43,596 nt of DNA, taken from Candidatus Kaiserbacteria bacterium (lineage in GTDB: Bacteria; Patescibacteriota; Minisyncoccia; Phycocordibacterales; Phycocordibacteraceae). Below are positions 26,105-35,415 of the stretch, piece by piece. Below the pieces are notes generated by a model. The model worked only from the letters and a program-made list of their open reading frames with translations, did not search any database and was not told where the DNA came from. Both the position numbers and the translations under genes were made by a program. Positions within the stretch are counted from its first letter, which is position 1. Every line of letters starts with the position of its first letter. The DNA lies in contig JAPLWH010000026.1 in NCBI GenBank assembly GCA_026396715.1, positions 1-43,596 of the forward strand, read 5' to 3'.

Positions 26105-26349
26105 ACTGTAGATAAGATAGATTGTGTGATTAAGGTATCAAATCAGTAGCCGAAGATAGAAGCTCGATCCCACTTCTTTGGATCCAGCTCTGGTTGATGA
26201 AGACAGGATAGCAGACCTGCGGTTTTCTGTCAATGCCTTGTGGGCAGAGCCACCTCTTTGCATAGAGGGCGTTTTAAAAACATGCTTATAGAAAAGTCGG
26301 GTGTTCGTAGTATACTTCGCGTCATAGAAGCCGATAATCAATACAACAT

Positions 26350-26661
26350 ATGGAAACCAAAAACATGCAGGGACATGCGGAGTGCGGTGGTTGCGGCGCC
26401 GGTGGACACGGGATGTGCGGTCGCGGACATTGGGGTCATCGGATCGCAAAGATTCTCGTCGTGCTCTTCATCTTCTGGCTCGGCGTACAGTACGGTGAGC
26501 TGAAGGGTATGTTGCGCGCTACCTATTCGAACGGCGGGTATGGATACGGCATGATGGGCTCCTCAAGGTGGGGTCAGGGAGATGAGCAATTTCCAGTGGG
26601 CGGTATGATGAGCGGATGGTTCCGCGGAGCATCTTCGCAATCGACGACGACACCGAAGTAG
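26350..26661 (+). CDS. Hypothetical membrane protein with Gly/Met-rich (GMMG) segments
   Basis: Cys/His/Gly-rich N-terminus, one TM segment, and GYGMMG/GGMMSG motifs. Confidence 0.7.
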   Translation: METKNMQGHAECGGCGAGGHGMCGRGHWGHRIAKILVVLFIFWLGVQYGELKGMLRATYSNGGYGYGMMGSSRWGQGDEQFPVGGMMSGWFRGASSQSTTTPK

Positions 26662-26676
26662 TCCGGACAGTCTTCA

Positions 26677-26717
26677 GAAAACAAAACAGTCCCGCAGTGC
26701 GGGACTGTTTTGTTTTC
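26677..26717. terminator. Bidirectional terminator
   Basis: Perfect 19-bp stem GAAAACAAAACAGTCCCGC/GCGGGACTGTTTTGTTTTC. Confidence 0.85.
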
Positions 26718-26729
26718 AAAGCATGCCTC

Positions 26730-26978
26730 TTAGTTATGTAGCAGTCCCGCTTTCGCAAGTGCCGCGGCGACTTCCTCGACGCCAGCATCCGGTACGATGA
26801 CGCCATTGATATCGAGCGTCGGGCTTTTACTCTGTCCGCTCTTATCCTCGACTTCTTTTCGATACTCAGGATTCTTGAGAATATCCCGTTCTTCGAAAGG
26901 GACGTTGTGGACTTTCAAGTATTCCAGGACCTCGATAGCCCAAGGACATCCTGTTTTTGTGTAGACGATGATAGGCAT
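26730..26978 (-). CDS. Glutaredoxin-like protein (monothiol CPW motif)
   Basis: YTKTGCPWA...SGQSKSPTLDING. Confidence 0.85.
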   Translation of the reverse strand: MPIIVYTKTGCPWAIEVLEYLKVHNVPFEERDILKNPEYRKEVEDKSGQSKSPTLDINGVIVPDAGVEEVAAALAKAGLLHN

Positions 26979-26989
26979 AGGGATAGGGG

Positions 26990-27640
26990 TTAGGGTGTCG
27001 ACTTTGCGCTCGGCATTCTTTTTACGACCGCGACGCCGATGAGGAGCCAGAGTCCGCCAAGCAGGTAGCCAGCGAGCACATCACTTGGGAAGTGTACCCC
27101 AAGATACAAGCGGCTGAAGCCGATGACTCCTATGAGTAGTACCGCCGCGGTCAGTACCGCCGCTTTTCTTTCGGGGAAAAGTGCGCACAAGAGATACGCC
27201 AGAAAACCATAGAGAGCCATCGCTGCGGTCGCATGTCCGCTCGGAAAGGAGAATGATGTTTCGGCAATAGAAGAGATGAGACCGCTCGGTCGTGCGCGGC
27301 CGACAAGTATTTTCATGAAGTATCCCGTCGTCGCAGCGCCAAGAAGGGTAACGACAAGTCCCGCAATATACGCTCGGTAGGCGGTCGCATACCATAAGAA
27401 GATTCCGACAATTCCCGCCACCCCAATTACGAAAGGAACGCTCCCGAGGATGGTAATCACATTGAAGATCTGCAGGAGAAGAGGTGTGCGAATGTTTGCA
27501 AGTAGATTCTCGAATCCTAGATCGGCGGTAATGATAAAGTTGGGTGCGGTCAGTACGGCGTAGGTAAGAAAAGAAAGACAGAAAAAGAGCATGATCCAAA
27601 GAAGGAGTCTGCGCGCGTCGGATTGCCGGAGGTGCATCAT
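26990..27640 (-). CDS. PAP2-family phosphatase (undecaprenyl-PP phosphatase-like)
   Basis: KILVGRARP, SFPSGHA, and SRLYLGVHFPSDV. Confidence 0.92.
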   Translation of the reverse strand: MMHLRQSDARRLLLWIMLFFCLSFLTYAVLTAPNFIITADLGFENLLANIRTPLLLQIFNVITILGSVPFVIGVAGIVGIFLWYATAYRAYIAGLVVTLLGAATTGYFMKILVGRARPSGLISSIAETSFSFPSGHATAAMALYGFLAYLLCALFPERKAAVLTAAVLLIGVIGFSRLYLGVHFPSDVLAGYLLGGLWLLIGVAVVKRMPSAKSTP

Positions 27641-27984
27641 AGGTGGGAGATGGTGAGTACCGTTCCGACACCGAGAGCACCGATTGCCGTAATGAGTACT
27701 GCTGCCGCTGAGAGATCTTTTATTCGTTTGATGTGCGGATCATGCGTCGGTTGAAATTTGTCGCATAATTCTTCGAGTGCCGTATTGAAAGTCTCGGCGG
27801 CAAGAACTAGACTAATGGTCAGAAGGAGGATCATGAATTCCACTGGGGAAAAATGAAGCCGCCAGGCACCTACGAGTACGATGAAGGCACTGAGCGTTTG
27901 AATCTTGAAATTAATTCCCTTCGTCCAGGCCAGAGCGAGACCCGCAAAAGCATAGCGAAATCCGTTTTTAAACACGCGCAGCAT
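27637..27984 (-). CDS. dgkA: Diacylglycerol/undecaprenol kinase (DgkA family)
   Basis: F.YAFAGL, AETFNTALEELCD, and IKDLSAAAV. Confidence 0.85.
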   Translation of the reverse strand: MLRVFKNGFRYAFAGLALAWTKGINFKIQTLSAFIVLVGAWRLHFSPVEFMILLLTISLVLAAETFNTALEELCDKFQPTHDPHIKRIKDLSAAAVLITAIGALGVGTVLTISHL

Positions 27985-28348
27985 CGGTAGAGTATAACTC
28001 TTGTGGATAGGCATAGGTAGCCAGAGCCGCTGACATCAAGGCGATAGACACGTCGCGGAAAACAATCTGGAAATCCTGCAGGTTGAGCAACGTGATCGCC
28101 GCGAGCATGAGCGTAGCCACGGTTGAGGGCCAGAATATTTTCTTACCGGAAAGGATCCAGAGCGCGAGCACTACTTCCACCGCTCCGAAGCTGTGCAGCA
28201 GTACCGCGTCGGGAAGGATGCCATGCATGAATTTCGGAAAATAGCCGAGCCACGAGTAGGGATCGAAGAAGGCATCAATCGCCGGATAGAGAAAAGCGAA
28301 CGCGACGCCGCCGCGCAATAGCAGATGAGCAAAGCGATCCTGCAGCAT
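27968..28348 (-). CDS. DoxX-family membrane protein
   Basis: LLLRGGVAFAFLY...GAVEVVLALWIL...FRDVSIA. Confidence 0.78.
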   Translation of the reverse strand: MLQDRFAHLLLRGGVAFAFLYPAIDAFFDPYSWLGYFPKFMHGILPDAVLLHSFGAVEVVLALWILSGKKIFWPSTVATLMLAAITLLNLQDFQIVFRDVSIALMSAALATYAYPQELYSTDAARV

Positions 28349-28349
28349 T

Positions 28350-28841
28350 TTATTTTACGATGACGATACCCTTATCGCTCGCATTGCCGTGATTGTGATA
28401 ACCCCAAGTACCGGTCTTTTGGAATGTGAAGGAGTAGGTCGTACCGACGGAACACTGATCAAACGCTACTCCGGCAGTATCCGGGCAGTGCTGGCTCTTC
28501 GTCGTACCGCTGTACCCTTCATGCGTCGGGTGAGGGCCGGAGGCTACCCACATCTCGTCGCCGCCCTGATTCAGGAAGGTTACCGTGTCTCCTTTTTTGA
28601 TGGTTATTGTTGCGGGAGAGAAGCCATTCGGGCCGTAGATGACGGTCGTAGTCGTTGGCGCGAGTGATTCCATTTGCGCCGAGGTACCTGCGGAAGGTGT
28701 CGTCATTGATTCGGAGTTTTGTATGGTGTCGGCGGATAGATCTGGGTCGAGGTGTCGGGCAGGCGTGCTGCGAGAGACATACCATCCACTTCCTAAAAGT
28801 GTGAGAATGATGATAATCCAAACAATAGTTGCTATTTTCAT
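28350..28841 (-). CDS. Membrane-anchored cupredoxin/plastocyanin-like protein
   Basis: GFSPATITIKKGDTVTF, WVASGPHPTH, and YSFTF..TGTWGYHNH. Confidence 0.8.
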   Translation of the reverse strand: MKIATIVWIIIILTLLGSGWYVSRSTPARHLDPDLSADTIQNSESMTTPSAGTSAQMESLAPTTTTVIYGPNGFSPATITIKKGDTVTFLNQGGDEMWVASGPHPTHEGYSGTTKSQHCPDTAGVAFDQCSVGTTYSFTFQKTGTWGYHNHGNASDKGIVIVK

Positions 28842-28914
28842 ACAAATTTTTTAATGGGTTACTACCGAAATCGTAGCATAGTTTTTATTGTTCTTGGGTG
28901 TACACTTACAGCAT

Positions 28915-30888
28915 ATGGACCATTCCTCGCACGGGCACAGAGAGCACGACAAGCACGCCGGGCACCACACGGAGGATTTTCTCAAGAAGTTCTGGGTCGT
29001 ACTCGCTCTGACCATCCCGCTCATCCTATATTCGGATCTCTTCGCGTGGTCGCCTCCCGCATTTGTCGGCTCGCACTATCTCCAGCTCATACTGGGCAGC
29101 ATCGTCTTTTTCTATGGCGGCATGGTGTTCCTCAAGGGAGCGGCAGATGAGATACAGGACCGTCTGCCGGGGATGATGACGCTCATCGCGCTCGCGATCA
29201 TCGCGGCGTATCTCTACAGCGTCGGAGTCGTCCTATCTGGTACCGGCATGACGCTTTTCTGGGAGCTCTCGACGCTTATCGCAGTCATGCTCATCGGGCA
29301 TTGGGTGGAGATGAAAGCGGTTAAAAGCGCGAAGGGCGCGCTACAGGAGCTTGCGAAGCTTTTGCCCGACCAAGCGGAGGTGCTGCTTGATGGGAACATT
29401 GTTTCAGTTTCTCTCGATGAGCTGCGCGAGGGCGATATCGTACTCGTGCGGCCGGGAGGGAAGATTCCCGCTGACGGTGTCGTGATCGAAGGAAGCTCTG
29501 AGATTGATGAGTCGCTCATTACGGGCGAATCACGTCCGGTCGAAAAGAGTATTGGGGACGGGGTCATCGCGGGTTCGACGAACGGCGATGGTAGCGTGCA
29601 AGTCCGCATCGAGAAGACGGGAGAGCACACTTTTCTCGCGGGCGTGATGCGGCTCGTCGCGGAAGCCGAGTCCTCGAAGTCGCGCTTGCAGCTTCTGTCC
29701 GATCGCGCGGCATTCTATCTGACCGTGCTTGCCGTAACTGCGGGCGGCGTTACTTTCTTCGCGTGGCTCGCTGCCGGAGAGGGTTTCGGTTTCGCCATCG
29801 AGCGCTTGGTCGCGGTGCTGGTCATCGCGTGCCCGCATGCGCTCGGGCTCGCGATCCCGCTCGTGGCATCCATCTCCACGACGATGGCGGCGAGAAACGG
29901 TTTCTTCGTCAAACGCCGCATCGCGCTTGAGGCGGCTCGGAACATCACGACCGTTCTATTCGACAAGACCGGGACGCTGACGAAAGGCTCCTTTGGCGTC
30001 GTTGCGGTTATCGGCCCCGAAGCAGAGACGCTCTCGCTCGCGGCAGCGGCAAACGGGAGCTCGGAGCACCCGCTTGCGCGCGCCACCGTCCGCGCCGCAC
30101 AAGAGAGACGTATCTCCGTCTCGTCCGCATCCGCATTTGCGCGTCTGCCCGGCAAGGGCGTGCGCGCATCGGTCGCAGGAAACGAGATCACCGTCGGGAG
30201 CCCGGCCCTTCTCTCTGAAATGAAAGCGGAATTGCATGCGGACTATGCGGCAGACATACAGAAACATGAGCGAGAAGGGAAGACCGTCGTACACGTTTTC
30301 AAAGGAACAGAGTTAGTGGGAAGTATTGCGTTCGCCGATGTGATACGCGAAGAGTCGCGCGAGGCGGTCGCGGCGCTCAAGCGGATGGGCATCAAAGTTG
30401 CGATGATTACTGGCGATGCCGAAGACGTCGCCGCGTGGGTGGCGAAAGAATTGTCGATCGATGAATACTTCGCGCATGTCCTGCCGGGGGAGAAGGCTGT
30501 CGCGGTACAGAAACTCCAGAGTCGGGGTGAGCGCGTCGCGATGGTCGGCGACGGCGTGAATGATGCCCCGGCGCTTACGCAGGCTGATCTCGGCATCGCT
30601 ATCGGCGCTGGTACAAATGTCGCGATCGAGTCGGCGGGGATCATCCTGGTAAAGAACGATCCGCGCGATATCCCGAAGATAATTAGACTCTCGCGGCTTA
30701 CCTACGCGAAGATGATCCAGAACCTATTCTGGGCGACGGGCTACAACGTGGTCGCGCTGCCGATAGCTGCAGGGGCGCTCAGTGCGTACGGCATCATGCT
30801 ACAGCCTGCGGTGGCCGCGGTGTTCATGTCGCTCTCAACGGTTATTGTCGCTATAAACGCTTCGCTTCTCAGACGCGCCGCTTTGTAA
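28915..30888 (+). CDS. copB: Copper-exporting P1B ATPase (CPH, His-rich N-terminus; CopB-like)
   Basis: MDHSSHGHREHDKHAGHH, TGES, ACPHALGLA, DKTGTLT, SEHP, GDGVNDAPAL, YNV, and MSLST. Confidence 0.88.
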   Translation: MDHSSHGHREHDKHAGHHTEDFLKKFWVVLALTIPLILYSDLFAWSPPAFVGSHYLQLILGSIVFFYGGMVFLKGAADEIQDRLPGMMTLIALAIIAAYLYSVGVVLSGTGMTLFWELSTLIAVMLIGHWVEMKAVKSAKGALQELAKLLPDQAEVLLDGNIVSVSLDELREGDIVLVRPGGKIPADGVVIEGSSEIDESLITGESRPVEKSIGDGVIAGSTNGDGSVQVRIEKTGEHTFLAGVMRLVAEAESSKSRLQLLSDRAAFYLTVLAVTAGGVTFFAWLAAGEGFGFAIERLVAVLVIACPHALGLAIPLVASISTTMAARNGFFVKRRIALEAARNITTVLFDKTGTLTKGSFGVVAVIGPEAETLSLAAAANGSSEHPLARATVRAAQERRISVSSASAFARLPGKGVRASVAGNEITVGSPALLSEMKAELHADYAADIQKHEREGKTVVHVFKGTELVGSIAFADVIREESREAVAALKRMGIKVAMITGDAEDVAAWVAKELSIDEYFAHVLPGEKAVAVQKLQSRGERVAMVGDGVNDAPALTQADLGIAIGAGTNVAIESAGIILVKNDPRDIPKIIRLSRLTYAKMIQNLFWATGYNVVALPIAAGALSAYGIMLQPAVAAVFMSLSTVIVAINASLLRRAAL

Positions 30889-30889
30889 T

Positions 30890-31534
30890 ATGTGTTTTTC
30901 AGCAACTGCGAGTTTTGTGGCTGGGGGAGCGCTTAGCGCGGTCGGAGTATCGTTGCTAGTCAAAACAAAAACGAAGCGGGAGTTGCCGCTCGCCAGCATC
31001 CCGCTTCTGTTCGGGATACAGCAGCTCATCGAAGGTATCGTCTGGCTTTCGTTCGGGACGCCCGCGCTTAACGCGGCTGCGACGTATGCGTACTCTCTCT
31101 TTTCTCATGTGTTGTGGCCGATACTCGTTCCGTTCGCGGTTCTCGCAATAGAAACCGATCCTGCTCGGAAAAATATCTTACGCATGACCTTTCTGGCTGG
31201 CGCGTCGGTGGGACTGTATTTCCTGCACTCCATCCTTACGGACTCGCTCACGGCTCATATCGTGCATGACAGCATCGCGTACCGTTCGCCGCACCTGTAT
31301 CCGTTCACGATGATAGTCTTGTATCTCGTCGCGACTTGCGGGAGCTGTCTCGTGTCGAGTCACAAGTTCATCAATTTCTTCGGAGTGGTTCTGGGCGTAT
31401 CTTTCGCCATAGCTGCATGGTTTTTTATCGAGACATTCTTTTCCGTATGGTGTTTTTTCGCCTCAATCCTGAGCGTCATCATATATTGGCATTTCAGATC
31501 CGGAGCGCATTCTAAGAGAGCCGCAACACGCTAG
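30890..31534 (+). CDS. Polytopic membrane protein (MCFSA.ASF... family)
   Basis: MCFSATASF, GIQQLIEG, and SVWCFFA; starts 1 nt after the ATPase stop. Confidence 0.75.
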   Translation: MCFSATASFVAGGALSAVGVSLLVKTKTKRELPLASIPLLFGIQQLIEGIVWLSFGTPALNAAATYAYSLFSHVLWPILVPFAVLAIETDPARKNILRMTFLAGASVGLYFLHSILTDSLTAHIVHDSIAYRSPHLYPFTMIVLYLVATCGSCLVSSHKFINFFGVVLGVSFAIAAWFFIETFFSVWCFFASILSVIIYWHFRSGAHSKRAATR

Positions 31535-31591
31535 TCCTGAAAAGGAAAAGGGCGCACCTGTGTAGGTACGCCCTTCGTTCGCTTCACAACA

Positions 31592-31870
31592 TTACTGCGG
31601 ATGCCAATAATTGAGAGCCAGAGCCGAAAAGAAGGCAACCGTCAGAATCAACATAAGCGTCCGTAGCAAAATAGAGTTTCTCCTGCCGCGCGGACTTTCT
31701 TTGTGTCCAGGAAGAGGACGCGAGATATTTTTTACCGGAGTACTCGGACGGCTTCCGGTTTCAATCGAGGGAACTCTTCCAAACCAGGATCGCCTTTCGT
31801 CGGGTATCTTCCGTTTTATCTCTGGCCTGTTGTTTAAACAATTCAGGCCGGCTTTCTTGCTTCGACCCAT
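31592..31870 (-). CDS. Small basic hypothetical protein with C-terminal TM
   Basis: GGAGGT Shine-Dalgarno (31877-31882); promoter TTGACA-17-TACTGT (31946-31918). Confidence 0.6.
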   Translation of the reverse strand: MGRSKKAGLNCLNNRPEIKRKIPDERRSWFGRVPSIETGSRPSTPVKNISRPLPGHKESPRGRRNSILLRTLMLILTVAFFSALALNYWHPQ

Positions 31871-31968
31871 GAACGCACCTCCTGGAAAAAAGTGAATTGA
31901 TAAGCAAATCTTTTTCTACAGTAGCTTGTGTCAAGCACTCTGTCAATGTCTACACATCGTACGTCTGC

Positions 31969-32967
31969 TTAGACCACTGGGTGCTGATGCCTCTCGGAAT
32001 AGTTTTCAAGATAGTTGACGATGACGGGAATGCTTGCGGCTACTGGAAGGGCGAGAAAGGCTCCCACGATCCCGAAGAGACTAGCCCCGACGAGCACGGC
32101 GAGGAATCCGAGAGCCGGGTACAGATTGAGGGCTTTATTATAGATCGCGGGGCAAATGATCGTGTTCTCTATCTGTTGGTAGGCAAGGTGCAGCACGAGC
32201 ACGGAAAAACCTAGTGCGGGCGAGAGGCTGAAAGCAACCAAGAGGGCGGGGATTGATCCCAGAGTAGAGCCCACCAGAGGAAGGAGGTCTAAGATGCCGG
32301 CGAAAAGAGCGAGCGGCAGGGCAAAGGGGACCTTAAGGGCCAGGAGGCCGATAAAGATAATGAAAAAAGTGATGCAGGAGATGAGCAGGTTGCCTCGGAT
32401 GTAGAGGCCCATGACCTTCGCGACCTCTTCGAGAAATCCTCGCAATTTCGCTTTTTCTTTGTAGGGAAAGATGCTTAAGAAGAGCTTGAACAGGCGTTCA
32501 TAGTCGTACACGAAATAAAACGTAAGCACCAGTATCGAGATGACGGAGAAAGCGATCATGATGATGTTCCCCGAAGAGGCGAGGATATCGCCAGAATGAG
32601 ATTCTATATACTGGACGATGCTGAAATTTTCGAATGCATGTCCGACGAGCGGCAGCTGGCTTACGGTAGAATCGATGCTGGCCAGCAATTGGGGAAGCTG
32701 ATCGCTTACGTTCGGTGCGATGGTAAAGCCGATGAAAAGGAAGGGGATGAGAGAAATAAGAAAAACTATGAATGTGGAGAGCAGCATCGGCAGCCTCAGC
32801 TTAGTGTGCAGCGCGTGCACGAGCGGATACAGAGAGGCGGCTAACACCAATGCGATGACGATATCGACGACAGCCCCGAGAGCCTGCCAGACTAAAAGAA
32901 GGACGATGCTGACAAGGACGATCCGGCTTATTGCCTCCCAGCTGAGCGGATGTTCGCGAGTCTCCAT
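31969..32967 (-). CDS. AI-2E family transporter (PerM-like)
   Basis: Multi-TM; YIRGNLL, LLPLVGSTLG, QQIENTII.P, and LFGIVGAFLALPVAA. Confidence 0.87.
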   Translation of the reverse strand: METREHPLSWEAISRIVLVSIVLLLVWQALGAVVDIVIALVLAASLYPLVHALHTKLRLPMLLSTFIVFLISLIPFLFIGFTIAPNVSDQLPQLLASIDSTVSQLPLVGHAFENFSIVQYIESHSGDILASSGNIIMIAFSVISILVLTFYFVYDYERLFKLFLSIFPYKEKAKLRGFLEEVAKVMGLYIRGNLLISCITFFIIFIGLLALKVPFALPLALFAGILDLLPLVGSTLGSIPALLVAFSLSPALGFSVLVLHLAYQQIENTIICPAIYNKALNLYPALGFLAVLVGASLFGIVGAFLALPVAASIPVIVNYLENYSERHQHPVV

Positions 32968-32987
32968 TGGTGGAACTGTAGCATGGA

Positions 32988-33677
32988 TCATTTTTTGGGG
33001 GAGTATTCGGGGTAGTACTCGATCTTGATATCGTCGACCCATTCGGTGCCCGGGATGATGCTGAGGACTTTGCCGAAGATCTTGGAATCTTCCTGGCCGA
33101 CGATGATGGGGTGGTAGCCGCCGTCTTTGTTTTCCGGATTGAGAAAGACGACCCCGTCCGCTTTCTTGTATTGCTTGATGACCGCCATGTTGCCGATGAT
33201 AGCGACGACGCGGTCCCCGTCCTCGACCGCCTCGGTTACCTCGACGATGACGTAGTCGCCGTTGCGGATGCCTGCGTCTTGCATGCTGTCACCGACCGCT
33301 CTGATGGCTGCGATATTGGTGTGCATGCTGAGGAGATTCTTGTCGACGAGGATGTACTCACCGAACTCGTCTTGCGCGTAGACTTCCATTGCGTCGCAGC
33401 CTGCTGAAGCGATGACGGGTACTTGAATGGTGCCTGAAGTGATTCCTGATCCGTCGCCCTTCAGAATCTGGATGCTTCGATGCTGGAAGCGGTCTCGCTT
33501 GATGAGGCCTTTGCGCTCGAGGCTTTCGAGTCGTTGTGTGACGCTACGGAGCGAACGCAACTTGAATTCCTTGCAGAGCTCGAGCATCGTCGGCGCCTGG
33601 CCGTTCGTGCCGATGTAGCTCTTCAAGAATGAAAAAGTCTTTTCTTGTGCGGGGGTGAACGTCGTCTGGCGGGGCAT
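32988..33677 (-). CDS. lexA: LexA-family repressor (S24 peptidase)
   Basis: N-terminal wHTH (LT..QE..F.FLK.Y....G.APT..EL), A-G cleavage site in VIASAGC, GDSM serine, and VIK lysine. Confidence 0.85.
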   Translation of the reverse strand: MPRQTTFTPAQEKTFSFLKSYIGTNGQAPTMLELCKEFKLRSLRSVTQRLESLERKGLIKRDRFQHRSIQILKGDGSGITSGTIQVPVIASAGCDAMEVYAQDEFGEYILVDKNLLSMHTNIAAIRAVGDSMQDAGIRNGDYVIVEVTEAVEDGDRVVAIIGNMAVIKQYKKADGVVFLNPENKDGGYHPIIVGQEDSKIFGKVLSIIPGTEWVDDIKIEYYPEYSPKK

Positions 33678-33707
33678 AGATGCAGGATAGCATCGCGGCT
33701 TTTGAAA

Positions 33708-33725
33708 TGTGGGTAGTTATCCACA
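33708..33725. promoter_or_regulatory. DnaA-box pair upstream of lexA
   Basis: Perfect TTATCCACA (33717-33725) abutting an inverted 7/9 match TGTGGGTAG (33708-33716). Confidence 0.5.
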
Positions 33726-33793
33726 ACTATGTACACAACATACACAACTTTTTATGCCAGATAATGTTCAGGTACGTTTGCTATACTTGTGTC

Positions 33794-34006
33794 ATGAATG
33801 AATCATTTCCACAGCGGCAGACTGTGCAGAGCGCAATGCTTGAAATTGGGATGTATGCGCAGCAGATGCAGCAGGAGGGTTCGGTCGACACCGAGCTTTT
33901 TTCGCTTAACCAGATCAACGCAGAGCTCAAAGAGGGAAAGATAGCGCCGGAAGAAGCGGTGCTTCGTGCAAGACGTATTGCCTCGGAAAGACAGAGCTAT
34001 CATTAG
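33794..34006 (+). CDS. Hypothetical protein (70 aa)
   Basis: ORF divergent from lexA, TATACT shortly upstream, followed by a hairpin. Confidence 0.65.
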   Translation: MNESFPQRQTVQSAMLEIGMYAQQMQQEGSVDTELFSLNQINAELKEGKIAPEEAVLRARRIASERQSYH

Positions 34007-34025
34007 TCGATTATTAAAAAGATAG

Positions 34026-34054
34026 CGCCGCCATGCGCAAAGCGCATGGCGGCG
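34026..34054. terminator. Terminator between convergent genes
   Basis: Perfect 13-bp stem CGCCGCCATGCGC-AAA-GCGCATGGCGGCG. Confidence 0.75.
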
Positions 34055-34058
34055 GATT

Positions 34059-34430
34059 TCAGACTTCAGTCGGAACGAGTCGTTCGATGGCGTAATCCAT
34101 CTTGATTTCCCGAAGGACGGGCGCATCGTCTCTTCCGAAAATGAAGACCTCGGAGATATCCGTTGCAGAAATGAAGAGGTATCTGATGCCGTCTATCGTC
34201 TCCAGCCAGGGGAGCACCGTCTTGATGTCTGGGGGAAGGAAGACGGCTGCGAGGCTATACGTTTTGCAGTTGTCGGCATGTTCCTCCTGAGTACGTGGGT
34301 GGGTTTCCACGTACTCAATTTCCTCCTCTTTCTTATCAAAGAGTTTGGCAAGAATCTTCTGTTGACCGGGAAGGATTTCCTTTTGTGTCTGGCCCACCAG
34401 TAAAATGCGAATGCGAGCCGGCTTCAGCAT
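34059..34430 (-). CDS. Hypothetical protein (ORFan-like)
   Basis: AAGGAGG SD (34437-34443); promoter TTGACA-17-TATGGT (34505-34477). Confidence 0.7.
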   Translation of the reverse strand: MLKPARIRILLVGQTQKEILPGQQKILAKLFDKKEEEIEYVETHPRTQEEHADNCKTYSLAAVFLPPDIKTVLPWLETIDGIRYLFISATDISEVFIFGRDDAPVLREIKMDYAIERLVPTEV

Positions 34431-34653
34431 CTTCGTCCTCCTTGGTTATGACGTGGAAATACAGTGTTCTCCCGACACCATAGATACCCAGAGTACATTT
34501 GTCAACTTTCGGCGTACGGAAAAAGAAAAGGAGCTGTTAGTGCAGTGTTGCAGTAACAGCTCCTCTTTCTACGGTTCTTCTTGATCGCGGCGTCATAAGA
34601 ACAGGACCTTTCTTCGAGTGTTCAGTATGTGTGGGGAATGTTGGAGAGTTTCC

Positions 34654-34839
34654 TTATGCGTGTGCGCCTCCTTCATTTCCGGGAAGTTCGAATGTTGAAT
34701 TTGGTTTCCCGGATAAAAAACTCCAACAGACCACATGATAGTTGCAGTTTCCGACTATCAGGTGGTCTCCTTTTGTCAGAATCACTTTTGTGAGGCATTG
34801 AGAATAATCGCAAAAGATGGCTTCTTTTGTTCTCATCAT
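34654..34839 (-). CDS. Small Cys-containing hypothetical protein
   Basis: AAGGAGGT SD overlapping the stop of the upstream 37-aa ORF. Confidence 0.55.
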   Translation of the reverse strand: MMRTKEAIFCDYSQCLTKVILTKGDHLIVGNCNYHVVCWSFLSGKPNSTFELPGNEGGAHA

Positions 34840-34847
34840 CACCTCCT

Positions 34848-34961
34848 TTACAGCAGGTTTGATTGTACGGCGACTATTTCTTCGACCACGTCATTTGTTT
34901 CGAAATACCAGATATCGGAAACGGCACGCTTCCGTATCTTCTTCTTGCGTTTTTTCCGCAT
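34848..34961 (-). CDS. 37-aa peptide with poly-basic N-terminus (MRKKRKKKIRKRAVSDIWYF...)
   Basis: Below the ORF-track cutoff; GAAAGGAGGT SD upstream of ATG 34961; TAA at 34848-34850. Confidence 0.55.
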   Translation of the reverse strand: MRKKRKKKIRKRAVSDIWYFETNDVVEEIVAVQSNLL

Positions 34962-35009
34962 ACAGCACACCTCCTTTCTTCAGGGTAACTTTTCGTGTTG
35001 ATCTGAAAC

Positions 35010-35252
35010 TTACGATTGTACAGCGTGTTCTTTCCTGTCTCGGTCTGCAATCTGTGGCGGCGGAAGAATCGTTCTGAGCCACTTCGGATCAAACTCGGTC
35101 GAATCGTGCTCTTTTCCGATCAATGTTCCGCAGGAGCATCGTCGCAATTCGAGGAAAAAATTCCTCCAGAAGCGGTGATAGCCGAGCGTCTCAAGTGCCG
35201 AGAATCTTTCTCGATCAAACTTTCTTTCGCAGACGAAACATTGTTTGTACAT
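35010..35252 (-). CDS. Small CxxC...CxC (possible Zn-ribbon) hypothetical protein, 80 aa
   Basis: MYKQCFVCE...RRCSCG; GGAGGT SD at 35258-35263; TGGACA-17-TATAAG promoter. Confidence 0.6.
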   Translation of the reverse strand: MYKQCFVCERKFDRERFSALETLGYHRFWRNFFLELRRCSCGTLIGKEHDSTEFDPKWLRTILPPPQIADRDRKEHAVQS

Positions 35253-35415
35253 GGAGCACCTCCTTCGTTCAAATAATGACAAAGAATCCTTCTTGCTTAT
35301 ATACCCGCGCGCAGGGTATGTCCACCCGTCGAAAGTGGATGACCCAAACGATGCTTCGATGGGGAAGGAGGGCCGTATTTTTCCCAAACTCTCTTTTCTG
35401 GCATATGATTGCCCG

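Noticed and set aside
26105-26290. Cold-shock 5' UTR as a defined RNA thermometer
   Set aside because: A long UTR is plausible by analogy to cspA, but I could see only weak short stems, not enough to call an ncRNA.
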